Shown: positions 20,416 to 29,214 of the stretch, in pieces
Position numbering within the stretch: position 1 is the first letter of the stretch
Layout of the letters: each line of letters begins with the position of its first letter
Sequence record: PZ445411.1
Reading direction: 5' to 3' (one strand)
DNA: 51,129 nt
Source: a phage
The notes under the pieces: generated by a model
The model's database searches: none
Seen by the model: the letters and a program-made list of their open reading frames with translations, nothing else
What the model was told of the DNA's origin: nothing
Program-made: the position numbers and the translations under genes

Positions 20416-20455
20416 ATAAATCAATAAGTTAGTGGTATATATATTTATATTTGTT
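20416..20455. repeat. conserved AT-rich segment, copy A (partner at 42248-42288)
   Basis: ATAAATCAATAAGTTAGTGGTATATATATTTATATTTGTT; about 90% identical to copy B; followed by GT-rich degenerate repeats to about 20540. Confidence 0.6.
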
Positions 20456-20675
20456 TTTTCTTGTTATCTATGTTTTGTGTGATTTTGTGTGTCTGGTGAT
20501 TTTTATGTGGTTGTGTATGTGTCAGTGTTTGTGTGCGTCTATATATCTATATCCGTCGCAAATGTAGGAACAAGAGAACAAAAAGACAACAAAGATATTT
20601 ATCAATCACTTACATGTAAATTTTGTTATCCGATTCGTCAGGAACGTTGTTAGAACAGAAAAAACAAAATAACTG

Positions 20676-20703
20676 TTGACTAAACGCATTAAATAGCTAA
20701 AAT
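20676..20703 (+). promoter_or_regulatory. sigma70-like promoter for the rightward recombination module
   Basis: TTGACT (20676-20681), 16-nt spacer, TAAAAT (20698-20703); 30 nt upstream of the exonuclease ATG. Confidence 0.5.
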
Positions 20704-20732
20704 GCAGGTATACCAACTAATGAGGGCAAATC

Positions 20733-21794
20733 ATGAATAAGTTTATGGCGTACACCAGCGAAGAAATGAGCAACGAGCTTTATCACGATCCAGAAGCGTG
20801 GACTGCTGATTATGTTAGCGGATCAAGCTTGGCAGAGATTTACAGCACATGCCCGGCAGCGTGGAAGTTCAAGCCGCGTGACGATAAGAGCAAGGCGCTA
20901 GTTTTTGGTACGCAGTCGCATACCAACTTTGAAAGCAAGGAGCTTTTCGAAAAAACATATCGCCGTGCGCCAGCGCCAGAAGACTTTAAGGATCTGATAA
21001 CCAGCCAAACGGCGCTTGCTGCAAAGCTGAAATCATTTGGCCTGAAAGGTACAACAGGAAAGACTTATCCAGACCTTATCAAAATGATGGTGGATTGCGG
21101 AGAAGACCTTAACGTTATGTGGTTGATTGAGATGATCGCAGAAAGTCAGGCCAGGGCAGATGGAGTTCAGTTAATCGAAGCCAAAGATTACGATGCGTGC
21201 GAGGCAATGCGCCAGGTTCTTGAATCAATACCTGAACATAACGCATGTATGAATAGCAAGACAGCACAACGTGAATTATCGCTGTTCGGTGAAATTAACG
21301 GCGTAAAAGTCAAGGTTCGATGCGATCACGTTGACGTAACAAAGAACGTCACCGCAACCCTGATTGATGGTTACGATGAAAAAGGTCAGCCGATTTGTCG
21401 AGATATTATTTATCCAGAGGCTATTGTGATCACTGACTACAAAACAACAATGAGCGCCAATCCGGTTGAGTTTATGCGCTTGGCTTACAATCACGGCTAT
21501 TATTTAAAAATGGCGTTGCAATGTGATTTATTTAGGAAAGCGTATCCAGAAGAAAAGCGACCTATAGTTGTGCGACTGTTAGCGCAAGAGAAGAAAGAGC
21601 CTTATTTGCCGTTGGCTTTCCGCATGAATAGCGAGCAGTTGAAGATCGGGCGCATTCAGTACATGAGCGTGATTAACCAGTTTGCCATGTGCCAGCAACA
21701 TGACGTTTGGCCTTCGTATTCAAACGGTGAGCCTGAGGTTTGCCTTGATACTCCTGATTGGGTGCGCCGCCAGTTTAAGCAATATCTTATTTAA
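20733..21794 (+). CDS. PD-(D/E)XK recombination exonuclease
   Basis: 353 aa; motifs RCDHVD and ITDYKT fit a PD-(D/E)xK nuclease; upstream of Erf-like and SSB genes. Confidence 0.55.
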   Translation: MNKFMAYTSEEMSNELYHDPEAWTADYVSGSSLAEIYSTCPAAWKFKPRDDKSKALVFGTQSHTNFESKELFEKTYRRAPAPEDFKDLITSQTALAAKLKSFGLKGTTGKTYPDLIKMMVDCGEDLNVMWLIEMIAESQARADGVQLIEAKDYDACEAMRQVLESIPEHNACMNSKTAQRELSLFGEINGVKVKVRCDHVDVTKNVTATLIDGYDEKGQPICRDIIYPEAIVITDYKTTMSANPVEFMRLAYNHGYYLKMALQCDLFRKAYPEEKRPIVVRLLAQEKKEPYLPLAFRMNSEQLKIGRIQYMSVINQFAMCQQHDVWPSYSNGEPEVCLDTPDWVRRQFKQYLI

Positions 21795-21875
21795 ACAGCA
21801 CAAATAGCTAAACAAATGAAAAATGCGGTGTTATAATTCACCGCATAAGTTAACAACAAGCGTGAGGAAATAAAC

Positions 21876-22154
21876 ATGGAAAACAAGCAAGTGTCAGAGG
21901 TGGCAGTTCATATCAACAATTTTGCAACTGGCATGGCTATGTTGCTTCGTGACTTTGTGGCGCCACTTGATCCAACTGCAGGCGAAGAAGAAATGGAGTA
22001 CATCAGAAAAGTAATTGATGCTGTAGATAACGTCGTACTTATTGCAACAATGAGCGAAGACAACGATGAAGCAATCAAGGCGGTAAAAGAAAGTTCTGAT
22101 CGCATGATGGAAAATCTGATTAAATTACACACCAAAGAAGAAACAAAGCACTAA
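21876..22154 (+). CDS. acidic hypothetical protein
   Basis: 92 aa, RBS GAGGAAA; strongly acidic; sits between exonuclease and annealase genes. Confidence 0.5.
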   Translation: MENKQVSEVAVHINNFATGMAMLLRDFVAPLDPTAGEEEMEYIRKVIDAVDNVVLIATMSEDNDEAIKAVKESSDRMMENLIKLHTKEETKH

Positions 22155-22199
22155 CAGCAATAAGGCGGCGAAAGCCGCCATTAATTACGGGAATTAATC

Positions 22200-22856
22200 A
22201 TGAAACTATCAGAGCAATTCGACAAGGTTTTGCCAGCACTGCATAAGGCGCGCAGTTTGTTTGTAAAGGTGAAGAAGGATAAGCAAAACACGCACCTTAA
22301 AAACCGTTACGCAACACTTGATGCCGTACTTGATGCAATCACTCCAGCACTCAACGATAACGAGCTAATGTTGATGCAGGACATGATTGAAAGCGAACAA
22401 CCAAACAGAATTAAGGTTGAGACAACAGTTCTTCATGTTTCCGGTCAGTGGGTAAAATTCTATGCTGAATTACCAATCGTTAAAAACGATCCTCAAGGTG
22501 TAGGATCTGCATTCACATATGCTCGTCGTTATGCAGCCGCAGCAGCATTTGGATTAAGCCAGGCAGACGATGACGCACAGATTGCCGTTAAATCTGCAAA
22601 CGACTGGAAGCGTGACATTGAGAAATGTGAAAGCGTAAACGAATTACAAGAAGTGCTTAAATCAGCATGGAAGGCAAGCGATCCGGCAAGCAAGCAGGTA
22701 ATTAAAGAGCATTACGAAAAACGCAAGGCAGAGCTTGAGATAGGCAAAGCACGAGGATTTAATCCAGCGCAACCAAAGCAAAATCTTGCCTCGCCAGAAG
22801 TTGACACAAAAAACGACGAGCAAGTAAAATCACAAAGTATCACTGATTTTGAATAA
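22200..22856 (+). CDS. ssDNA annealing protein (Erf-like)
   Basis: 218 aa; N-terminal [16 protein letters not shown] motif typical of Erf-type annealases; Ala-rich linker. Confidence 0.6.
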   Translation: MKLSEQFDKVLPALHKARSLFVKVKKDKQNTHLKNRYATLDAVLDAITPALNDNELMLMQDMIESEQPNRIKVETTVLHVSGQWVKFYAELPIVKNDPQGVGSAFTYARRYAAAAAFGLSQADDDAQIAVKSANDWKRDIEKCESVNELQEVLKSAWKASDPASKQVIKEHYEKRKAELEIGKARGFNPAQPKQNLASPEVDTKNDEQVKSQSITDFE

Positions 22857-22863
22857 TTGACAT

Positions 22864-22886
22864 GGGGCGATTGCGCCCCTTTTTTA
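22864..22886 (+). terminator. rho-independent terminator after Erf-like gene
   Basis: GGGGCG-attg-CGCCCC hairpin then TTTTTT. Confidence 0.7.
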
Positions 22887-22900
22887 CAGGAGAATGAATA

Positions 22901-23353
22901 ATGCATATCATTACTGGTGAGATCCGAAAAGAGCCGCGAGTAAAGCAAATGCCTAACGGCAGCACACTTTATGTGGTTGAACTTTCAGAGCGATACAAAG
23001 ATAAAGATGGAAACTGGCAATATACAAACTACAGTTTCTTTTTTAATGCGAAAACAGAAGGTCTTAAGGGTTGGTATGATGAGGCGTTCCAGGTTGGCAA
23101 GGTTATTTCTGTATCTTGCGACACGCTGCGCATTGAAACGCGTGAATATAACGGAAAGATGTATTCAAGTTTAATGCCAGGAGGATTTGCAAATCTTATC
23201 TTCAGTCAGCGAGGGGAAAGCCAGCAACAATATCAGCAGCGAACTCAAGGAGGATGGGGCCAGCCACAACAACAGAATCAACCGCAACAACCGCAACAGC
23301 CAAGACAAAGCAATCAACCTCCTATGGACTTTGACGACGACATTCCTTTCTGA
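22901..23353 (+). CDS. ssb: single-stranded DNA-binding protein
   Basis: 150 aa; Gln/Pro-rich linker and canonical acidic C-terminal tail DFDDDIPF; RBS AGGAG. Confidence 0.85.
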   Translation: MHIITGEIRKEPRVKQMPNGSTLYVVELSERYKDKDGNWQYTNYSFFFNAKTEGLKGWYDEAFQVGKVISVSCDTLRIETREYNGKMYSSLMPGGFANLIFSQRGESQQQYQQRTQGGWGQPQQQNQPQQPQQPRQSNQPPMDFDDDIPF

Positions 23354-23360
23354 TCAACAA

Positions 23361-23383
23361 AGGGGCATTACGCCCCTTTTTCA
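23361..23383. terminator. bidirectional terminator between SSB gene (+) and minus-strand ORF
   Basis: AAAGGGGC-attac-GCCCCTTT palindromic hairpin with A/T flanks on both sides. Confidence 0.55.
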
Positions 23384-23625
23384 CTTTCAGCCATCCCAAG
23401 AACAGCAATCACCTTAACAGCAATTCGCTTTGCAAGTTCAGTTTGATGAGCGTTAAGTTTTCCAGTGGTCATTATTGACAGCATTCCGCTCATACTTCCA
23501 AGCCCGTTAAAATCTGACATTGCCGATTTCATAATTGATATTGGTGAATGACCTTCGGCAGCTATTGTGTGCGCTCTCTCTGACAGGTCTTTAACTACCT
23601 GATCAATTCCTTCACTTTTCGTCAT
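23368..23625 (-). CDS. hypothetical protein
   Basis: 85 aa; stop lies in the loop of the bidirectional terminator at 23361-23383. Confidence 0.4.
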   Translation of the reverse strand: MTKSEGIDQVVKDLSERAHTIAAEGHSPISIMKSAMSDFNGLGSMSGMLSIMTTGKLNAHQTELAKRIAVKVIAVLGMAESEKGA

Positions 23626-24103
23626 TTGCTTTTCCTTCAGGAGTTGATTGTTGTTCTGGTATTACAGGCCATGGGCTAATTGATTCCCTTTCTGCGACTG
23701 GCTTTTCAGGTTCAATTCCTAAAAACTTTCCTACAAACTCACCAACAAAATTTGAGCTATCGCTTACATAAACATGCATCCTGTCCAGATCTGCAACAGT
23801 AACGCTATTTGGTGCGATCATGATCCTCTGTTGGTGAAAACCGATATACATCACATTAGCCGGACGCTCAAGAGTCCCCATATTTGGCGCAATTACGCCC
23901 ATTATCCAACAATAATGAATGTTGCCATCAAGCGGCTCACATCCAGCGTTAAGCCAGTTTACTTTCTGGTGAGGAAATGCCATTGATGAATCAGTAGCAT
24001 CACGCCGTAACGACCATTTAACGCCGCCAATTTCAATGATTTGTTTCGGCCTCATCCCGTTGAATTGAGTCACGCCAGCGCCATTTTGATTAATGTTTTG
24101 CAT
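23612..24103 (-). CDS. hypothetical protein
   Basis: 163 aa; RBS AAGGTGA; conserved-looking Cys/His residues (NAGCEPLDG, HYCW) but no family recognised. Confidence 0.5.
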   Translation of the reverse strand: MQNINQNGAGVTQFNGMRPKQIIEIGGVKWSLRRDATDSSMAFPHQKVNWLNAGCEPLDGNIHYCWIMGVIAPNMGTLERPANVMYIGFHQQRIMIAPNSVTVADLDRMHVYVSDSSNFVGEFVGKFLGIEPEKPVAERESISPWPVIPEQQSTPEGKANDEK

Positions 24104-24117
24104 ATCGGTTCACCTTG

Positions 24118-24441
24118 TTACATTGATTTCATTTTACGCAATGCGCAGATACAAGCGGCAGCAAGATCGGTTAATTCTTTCTCAATGCCATGATGCGAGC
24201 CTCCTGCCTTTTCGGTCATTAGCTCTTTGTATTCCATTTCTACAATCGACATTAAGCCGCCTGGCTTGTCAATGTGCGCGTCCCATGTTTTAGGATAGTG
24301 CTTAGTTCTTTCAATAACACTTCCCATAACTGAATCATGTTCATGATCTCGATCATAATCTCCATCATGGCCATTCCCTCCAATTACTACTCGCGGCAAA
24401 TGCACGCGCGGTAAATGATAGCCAGCGATACGAATTTTCAT
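24118..24441 (-). CDS. hypothetical His/Asp-rich protein
   Basis: 107 aa; RBS AAGGGG; tandem HLPRV-HLPRV repeat and GNGHDGDYDRDHEHD segment, then EMEYKEL...EKELTDL. Confidence 0.5.
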   Translation of the reverse strand: MKIRIAGYHLPRVHLPRVVIGGNGHDGDYDRDHEHDSVMGSVIERTKHYPKTWDAHIDKPGGLMSIVEMEYKELMTEKAGGSHHGIEKELTDLAAACICALRKMKSM

Positions 24442-24454
24442 GAGTATATCCCCT

Positions 24455-24480
24455 TATAAAAAAGCGCCCCGAAAGGCGCT
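24455..24480 (-). terminator. rho-independent terminator (minus strand) after the glycine-zipper / Cys-rich ORF pair
   Basis: On the minus strand AGCGCC-tttcgg-GGCGCT followed by TTTTTT. Confidence 0.65.
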
Positions 24481-24487
24481 TGATTTA

Positions 24488-24958
24488 TTAGCAACCGCAG
24501 CAGCCAGTCGGCGGAGTCGCCGGAGTAGGCAACTTGAAGTTTACCAGTTGCTCGACTTGGTTGATTTTGCAATTCAGTGCGGCGGTCTGGTTTGCCTGAG
24601 AAAGAGCAAAACGAGCCTCCTGCAACTGAGCTTTCATATCGCAAATCAGAACAGCCTGAGAATCAGCGAACTGTTGACGAATCAGATCTCGCGTTGCATT
24701 GCCTTGTCGCTCAATATTCAGGTTTGTATCACAGCAACATCTCTCCGCTGCAATCTGTGCCTGATAGGAACGCTCAAGAGCATTAACATCGGCAGCATTA
24801 ATCGCAGCAACTGTCTGGTTAGTACCGCTAACAATCGCGGTATTCAGTCCGGCGAAACCTTGCACCGATGCAAGCAGGTTTTGCGTATTCTGGCTGGTAA
24901 TGCCGTTAAAGGTTGACGCGGCGGAGCGCTCAACGGCAAGGTTTGTGGAGTTTTGACC
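24488..24958 (-). pseudogene. downstream continuation of the glycine-zipper ORF, separated by one in-frame TAA (no start codon or RBS of its own)
   Basis: Open frame runs from just after the TAA at 24959-24961 to 24488 in the same frame as ORF 24959-25192; first ATG is deep inside; Cys-rich C-terminus GCCGC. Confidence 0.3.
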
Positions 24959-25192
24959 TTACAGAGTTTGCAGCCCCAGGTTGTTTACTCCTGTCTGGAT
25001 GTTATTAATACCATCAAGAACAGCGTTAGCACCGACAGCAACAGCAGCACCATCACCACCATAACCACCACGACCATTAAAGCCGTTACCAAACCATGAC
25101 CCAATCAGGCCACCAACAGCACCGCCAAGACCAGCCGCGCCAGCTTCGCCACCAAAACCACCACCAGTAGGGAGTAAAGTCATATCTGACAT
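24959..25192 (-). CDS. glycine-zipper-like small protein
   Basis: 77 aa; RBS AGAGGA; GxxxG-rich sequence GGGFGGEAGAAGLGGAVGGLIGSWFGNGFNGRGGYGG; ends at a TAA that is in frame with a further 157 open codons. Confidence 0.5.
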   Translation of the reverse strand: MSDMTLLPTGGGFGGEAGAAGLGGAVGGLIGSWFGNGFNGRGGYGGDGAAVAVGANAVLDGINNIQTGVNNLGLQTL

Positions 25193-25325
25193 AGTAAATT
25201 CCTCTTTGACGTTAAAAAAAATTAAAAAAAGTTTGCAACATTTATGTTACGACAAAGAGTATGCGCCCAATTACCAGGAATAGATATAAAATATTTGTAA
25301 GCGATATGTCAGCAAATGGCATAAA

Positions 25326-25357
25326 GACGAAAAAAGGCGCAGCCGTAGCCGCGCCTT
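25326..25357 (-). terminator. terminator (minus strand) after tail fibre gene
   Basis: GGCGC...GCGCC hairpin; minus strand reads hairpin then TTTTTT. Confidence 0.55.
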
Positions 25358-25371
25358 GTGATTATTTTTTG

Positions 25372-27597
25372 TTAACTTTCCAGCGTTGTTGGCTTGTCGA
25401 GTAACGCCGCCACCGCCTCTTTGAGATCTGCAATTTCAGATTTAAGTGTTTCGATCTCCTCTTGTTGCTTGTCAACTTTTGCCTTTTGCTCTTTGAATGC
25501 GTTAACCAAAAGAGCCACAACTCCATTATAGTTAATTCCTTTGATTGACTCACCTTTTGGTTCTAATCCACAATCATTGTTTAAATAGTGAACAGCTTCC
25601 GGCAAAACCCTTTCAACATCTTGAGCGATCAATCCAGCCTCAATGCTATAAACGCTGTTTTCATCTTCTATAAGATTATTGCGCTTGTAATAAGTATAAC
25701 CAGTTAGATAATCAATTTTGTCGGATGCCGTTTCAATCTCTTTTAGTTGCGCTTTCATCCTTATGTCTGACGTAGAAATCCATTGGCTACAAGTAGCATT
25801 TCCAGCGCTACTGAAAATGAATTCACCACTCTTTACATAAAGGTGAGTTTCAGCGCCGCCACCAGAAAAGTTAATGGCATCCATTCCAGCAATCCAATCA
25901 TCACCCCAATGAACAACCTTGAATACGTTAAAGGCTGCGTCTTTTCCTGTAATCTCGCAAAGCAACCCACAACCACGATCACGCCAACCAGCAAAAGAGC
26001 CTCCCCCAATTTGACCGGAAATCATGGCACTTCCACCACCTGACCTAACGCCAGCAACCCTAATTGAATTATCATCAACAGGATATATGGTTAAACGACC
26101 ATCAAAACGAATGTTTTGAGGAGAAAATGATGCAATACTTCCACCATTACAATAAACCTGCAATATTCCGTCACCGCCCCATTTAAAACCTGTATCATTA
26201 TCTCCAATTGCTATTGAGTATTCACCAAGAAGATTTCCTTTTTCACCAGTAAGTTCAATTATGTTATCGCTTCTAAAAACTCTTTTCCAACCACGCCAGT
26301 TACCGTTATCGCAAACATTTTCCCATTTGTTACCAGAGTGACCTGTTACTGAAAGAAGACCATATAGCAATTTACTTTCATCACTAGTCTTTCCGTGAAC
26401 ATGTAAATTATACATCCACCAAGCGCCGACTTCCGGCAAACCTACAACGTCGCCACCAGAAGAATAATATCCGCTTTCTGGATTGTTTATAAAAAAACTG
26501 AGAATATCAGTCTTGTCAGCAAGTACAACGGCCCTATTACCAACAGGAATATTCAGGTTCTTTCTTGCTCCAGCTTCACTATTAGATCCAGTGCCTCCAG
26601 CATGAATTGAAAGAGGAATAAAACGTTGCAATGCGGTATCCCAGTAACCCCAACCATCGTTACGAACTGTAAGGTATTTGATCTTATCTGGCGACAGAAT
26701 AAGCGTTTCACCATCGACCTGATTAAATCGGTCAACCTTCAATGCTTCCCTTGCAAGGTCTTTATTTTCCAGATCATTAAGGTTTTGATCTTTATGCAGC
26801 AGATTTTCAGGATGTACCTGTTGCGCCCATTGGCGAGCTTCATCACGCGCAGTTTCAGCGCCATGCTTTGCAGTTTCAGCGGCGCTATTTGCAGATTGAG
26901 CGCCAGTCATGTATTGCTGGGCTGAATCCCTTGCTGAAATAGCTTCGTTTTTCAGATTCGAAACATCACCCTTTATCTGATTCATTTCTGAAACAGCCTG
27001 ATCTTTAGTCTGGTTTACAGCTAAAACACCTTGATCGCGTGCGGAATTAACTTCCGTTATCGCAGAATCTTTAATCTGTTGCGTTTGCTCCTTGATTGCG
27101 TTAGTGTCTGCTTTAATCTGGTTTGTTTCAGCAACAGCAGAATCCTTTATCTGTTGAGTGTCGTTTTTCAGTTGTTCAGTAGCAGCACGATCATTGGCTG
27201 TTTTCTCTGCATCACCTTTAACCTGATTAGCCAGATCTTGCAACTGTTTTAGGTCAAAGTTTTTGAAAAATTCAATAGCTTCCTCGATCTGAGTTTCTTT
27301 GCTTTGATAGTAACGCAGCGTTTCCGCAACATCTTGCGCCAGGCCGTCAACAGTTATTGAGTCATGCAGCAAAATAATGTAGTTGCTTCGCCCAATTTCA
27401 GCGCCGCCAGTTGTGATGGCGCGGATTTGTGTATCGCTGATAACTTCACTGATCACAGCCGCTTGAAATGGAGCATCAATGAAAAAGATTGTTGCACCAG
27501 GGCGAATGAGCGTTAGTTGCTCTCGCCATTTTGTGTCGTATCCAGTGATATAACCTTGCGCGTCCATTGACGCTTGTCCGGTTCTGTAAATTGCCAT
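25372..27597 (-). CDS. tail fibre with C-terminal intramolecular chaperone (peptidase S74-like) domain
   Basis: 741 aa from ATG 27597 (RBS GGGAG); coiled-coil N-terminal part; C-terminus has SDIRMK...GLIAQDVERVLPEAV typical of self-cleaving fibre chaperone domains; followed by a terminator. Confidence 0.8.
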   Translation of the reverse strand: MAIYRTGQASMDAQGYITGYDTKWREQLTLIRPGATIFFIDAPFQAAVISEVISDTQIRAITTGGAEIGRSNYIILLHDSITVDGLAQDVAETLRYYQSKETQIEEAIEFFKNFDLKQLQDLANQVKGDAEKTANDRAATEQLKNDTQQIKDSAVAETNQIKADTNAIKEQTQQIKDSAITEVNSARDQGVLAVNQTKDQAVSEMNQIKGDVSNLKNEAISARDSAQQYMTGAQSANSAAETAKHGAETARDEARQWAQQVHPENLLHKDQNLNDLENKDLAREALKVDRFNQVDGETLILSPDKIKYLTVRNDGWGYWDTALQRFIPLSIHAGGTGSNSEAGARKNLNIPVGNRAVVLADKTDILSFFINNPESGYYSSGGDVVGLPEVGAWWMYNLHVHGKTSDESKLLYGLLSVTGHSGNKWENVCDNGNWRGWKRVFRSDNIIELTGEKGNLLGEYSIAIGDNDTGFKWGGDGILQVYCNGGSIASFSPQNIRFDGRLTIYPVDDNSIRVAGVRSGGGSAMISGQIGGGSFAGWRDRGCGLLCEITGKDAAFNVFKVVHWGDDWIAGMDAINFSGGGAETHLYVKSGEFIFSSAGNATCSQWISTSDIRMKAQLKEIETASDKIDYLTGYTYYKRNNLIEDENSVYSIEAGLIAQDVERVLPEAVHYLNNDCGLEPKGESIKGINYNGVVALLVNAFKEQKAKVDKQQEEIETLKSEIADLKEAVAALLDKPTTLES

Positions 27598-27653
27598 GCG
27601 TTTTCTCCCGTGTTGCATATTAATGTCAATGCAGATAATAGCATTTGCTAAGG

Positions 27654-27679
27654 CAAAAAAAAACCCCGCAATGCGGGGT
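27654..27679 (-). terminator. rho-independent terminator (minus strand) after primase-like gene
   Basis: Minus strand: CCCCGC-att-GCGGGG followed by nine T. Confidence 0.7.
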
Positions 27680-27696
27680 AAAAGTAGCAGTGACAT

Positions 27697-28629
27697 TTAG
27701 AGAATAGATTCAGGTTTGAAAACCTTCCTCTCTATCCCTTGTCTGTAATTATCATTAATCGGCATCATAATTTCAAGTCCTCTTTCCTCGGCAGCAATGA
27801 TCGCGTCACGATCTGTGCTCTTACAGACAACTCGCATTCTTCTGTTGCCTTTATACCTGTAAGCCACAATCTCAATGTTAGTTGCATCAAAACAGGCCCA
27901 AACCTCCTGACCAGTTGCAAGGTGAATATGTTGCGCATCAATCCAGTCAACGCAAAGATAGATCGTCTTATCTGTGCTTCCTGTTCTCACAATCGACCCG
28001 CGCGTGTAGTCCTTTGCGAGAAAAGACTTATTACCTTCTTCATCAATGAAAAGCACATTGCACATTTCATCATCAATTTCATCTGAATGTACCAGGTAAC
28101 ATGGGAGCGCGTGAATGTATCGACCATCTTTAACGCCGCATTCATAATAACCATCTTCAGGCGGATATATCCCTTCATATGTACTTAACGGGGTGCGATC
28201 AAATTTTAGTGTTTTCGACATAACTCGCTCGCAGCATTCATGGCTTGCCTGCTTCCCAAACGAATAACCAGAATCACGAGATACTCGCTTATTTGCCTTG
28301 ATCCTATAGTCCTGCGGAACTTTTCCAAGAAAGCGGCCCAAAATATTGATCACTTCGCTGTAAGGTTCTCCGGTTAGCTTCATGATCCAACCAATTCCAG
28401 TATCGTTGCCGCACACGTTGCAGATAGCGCCGCCATCGCCTTTTTTATCGCCAAGTTTATCCGTCCATCTGAAGCGATCCTTTCCGCCGCAGTGGGGGCA
28501 AGATTGATGCTTGCCGTTAAAAACTTCATTTGGAAGACCGCAAATACTTTGTAGCGCCTCACGCCACAATCCTTGCATATATGGGAGAACATCTTCTTTT
28601 TGATAAACCATAAAGTTTTCGTTATTCAT
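27697..28629 (-). CDS. primase-like protein (zinc ribbon + possible TOPRIM)
   Basis: 310 aa from ATG 28629; CPHCGG...CNVCG zinc-ribbon motif; SD GAGGTG sits only 3 nt from the ATG so the start is uncertain. Confidence 0.45.
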   Translation of the reverse strand: MNNENFMVYQKEDVLPYMQGLWREALQSICGLPNEVFNGKHQSCPHCGGKDRFRWTDKLGDKKGDGGAICNVCGNDTGIGWIMKLTGEPYSEVINILGRFLGKVPQDYRIKANKRVSRDSGYSFGKQASHECCERVMSKTLKFDRTPLSTYEGIYPPEDGYYECGVKDGRYIHALPCYLVHSDEIDDEMCNVLFIDEEGNKSFLAKDYTRGSIVRTGSTDKTIYLCVDWIDAQHIHLATGQEVWACFDATNIEIVAYRYKGNRRMRVVCKSTDRDAIIAAEERGLEIMMPINDNYRQGIERKVFKPESIL

Positions 28630-28682
28630 ATACACCTCAAACAAAAAAGCCTGACAGATGATAACATCATGCCAGGCATTGT

Positions 28683-28702
28683 TTTTAGCAATTAGTGCTT
28701 TC
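28683..28702 (-). promoter_or_regulatory. conserved box variant overlapping the HTH gene stop, followed by hairpin and T-run (terminator-like)
   Basis: Minus strand AGCACTAATTGCTAAAAAC, then imperfect hairpin GCCTGGCA...TGTCAGGC and TTTTTTG before the primase-like gene. Confidence 0.35.
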
Positions 28703-29158
28703 AGGTTTATACAGGAATCCGCCAGGTTCATAATCTGACATTCTTACCACTCGCAACATTTCACGCTTATCACATCTCTTTGTGAGCGGTTTTCCATTGG
28801 AATCAAATCGCAGATCTGGACGGCAGAATGAAGCGCGATAGCCTTGACAGCCATACTTTTTGTAATCGTTATGCACCTTTTGAGCGCCAGCGGCTGAAAT
28901 CATACCGCGAACGCGCCACTGATTTACAGTTTGCTGGCTAACGTTAAGACGCTTTGCCATTGCTGACACGCTGCCGTAATACTCAATAAGAATGTCAAGC
29001 CGTGCTTTTAGTCCGGCGCGCACCTCATCTTTTAGAACATAATAACCTGTCGGTCGCTTGCGCTTCTTCTTGTCCTTGCCTCGTCTTGTTCCGTTATTGC
29101 CATTAATTGTGCGCTTGTCAATCTTGCCTGTTGATACCGCGATTCGTTGCTCTTTCAT
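28685..29158 (-). CDS. HTH DNA-binding protein (putative transcriptional regulator)
   Basis: 157 aa; RBS GGAG; helix-turn-helix-like SAMAKRLNVSQQTVNQW; very basic N-terminus; sits at a divergent promoter region. Confidence 0.55.
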   Translation of the reverse strand: MKEQRIAVSTGKIDKRTINGNNGTRRGKDKKKRKRPTGYYVLKDEVRAGLKARLDILIEYYGSVSAMAKRLNVSQQTVNQWRVRGMISAAGAQKVHNDYKKYGCQGYRASFCRPDLRFDSNGKPLTKRCDKREMLRVVRMSDYEPGGFLYKPESTNC

Positions 29159-29172
29159 TATTCATTCTCCAA

Positions 29173-29214
29173 TAGCATTTTTTGTTAAACGATGATTTAA
29201 TGATTGTGTATTAT
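29173..29214 (+). promoter_or_regulatory. conserved box + -10-like hexamer (promoter-like cassette) upstream of helicase gene
   Basis: TAGCATTTTTTGTTAAAC, 21 nt, TATTAT (29209-29214); in divergent intergenic region. Confidence 0.45.

Noticed and set aside
24440-24916. 158-aa plus-strand ORF overlapping the interrupted glycine-zipper reading frame
   Set aside because: No RBS, antisense to a minus-strand unit flanked by minus-strand terminators; Arg/Ser/Leu-rich composition typical of out-of-frame translation.
25372-27597. Diversity-generating retroelement near the tail fibre gene
   Set aside because: No reverse-transcriptase-like ORF anywhere in the window and no obvious template/variable repeat pair at the fibre 3' end by eye.
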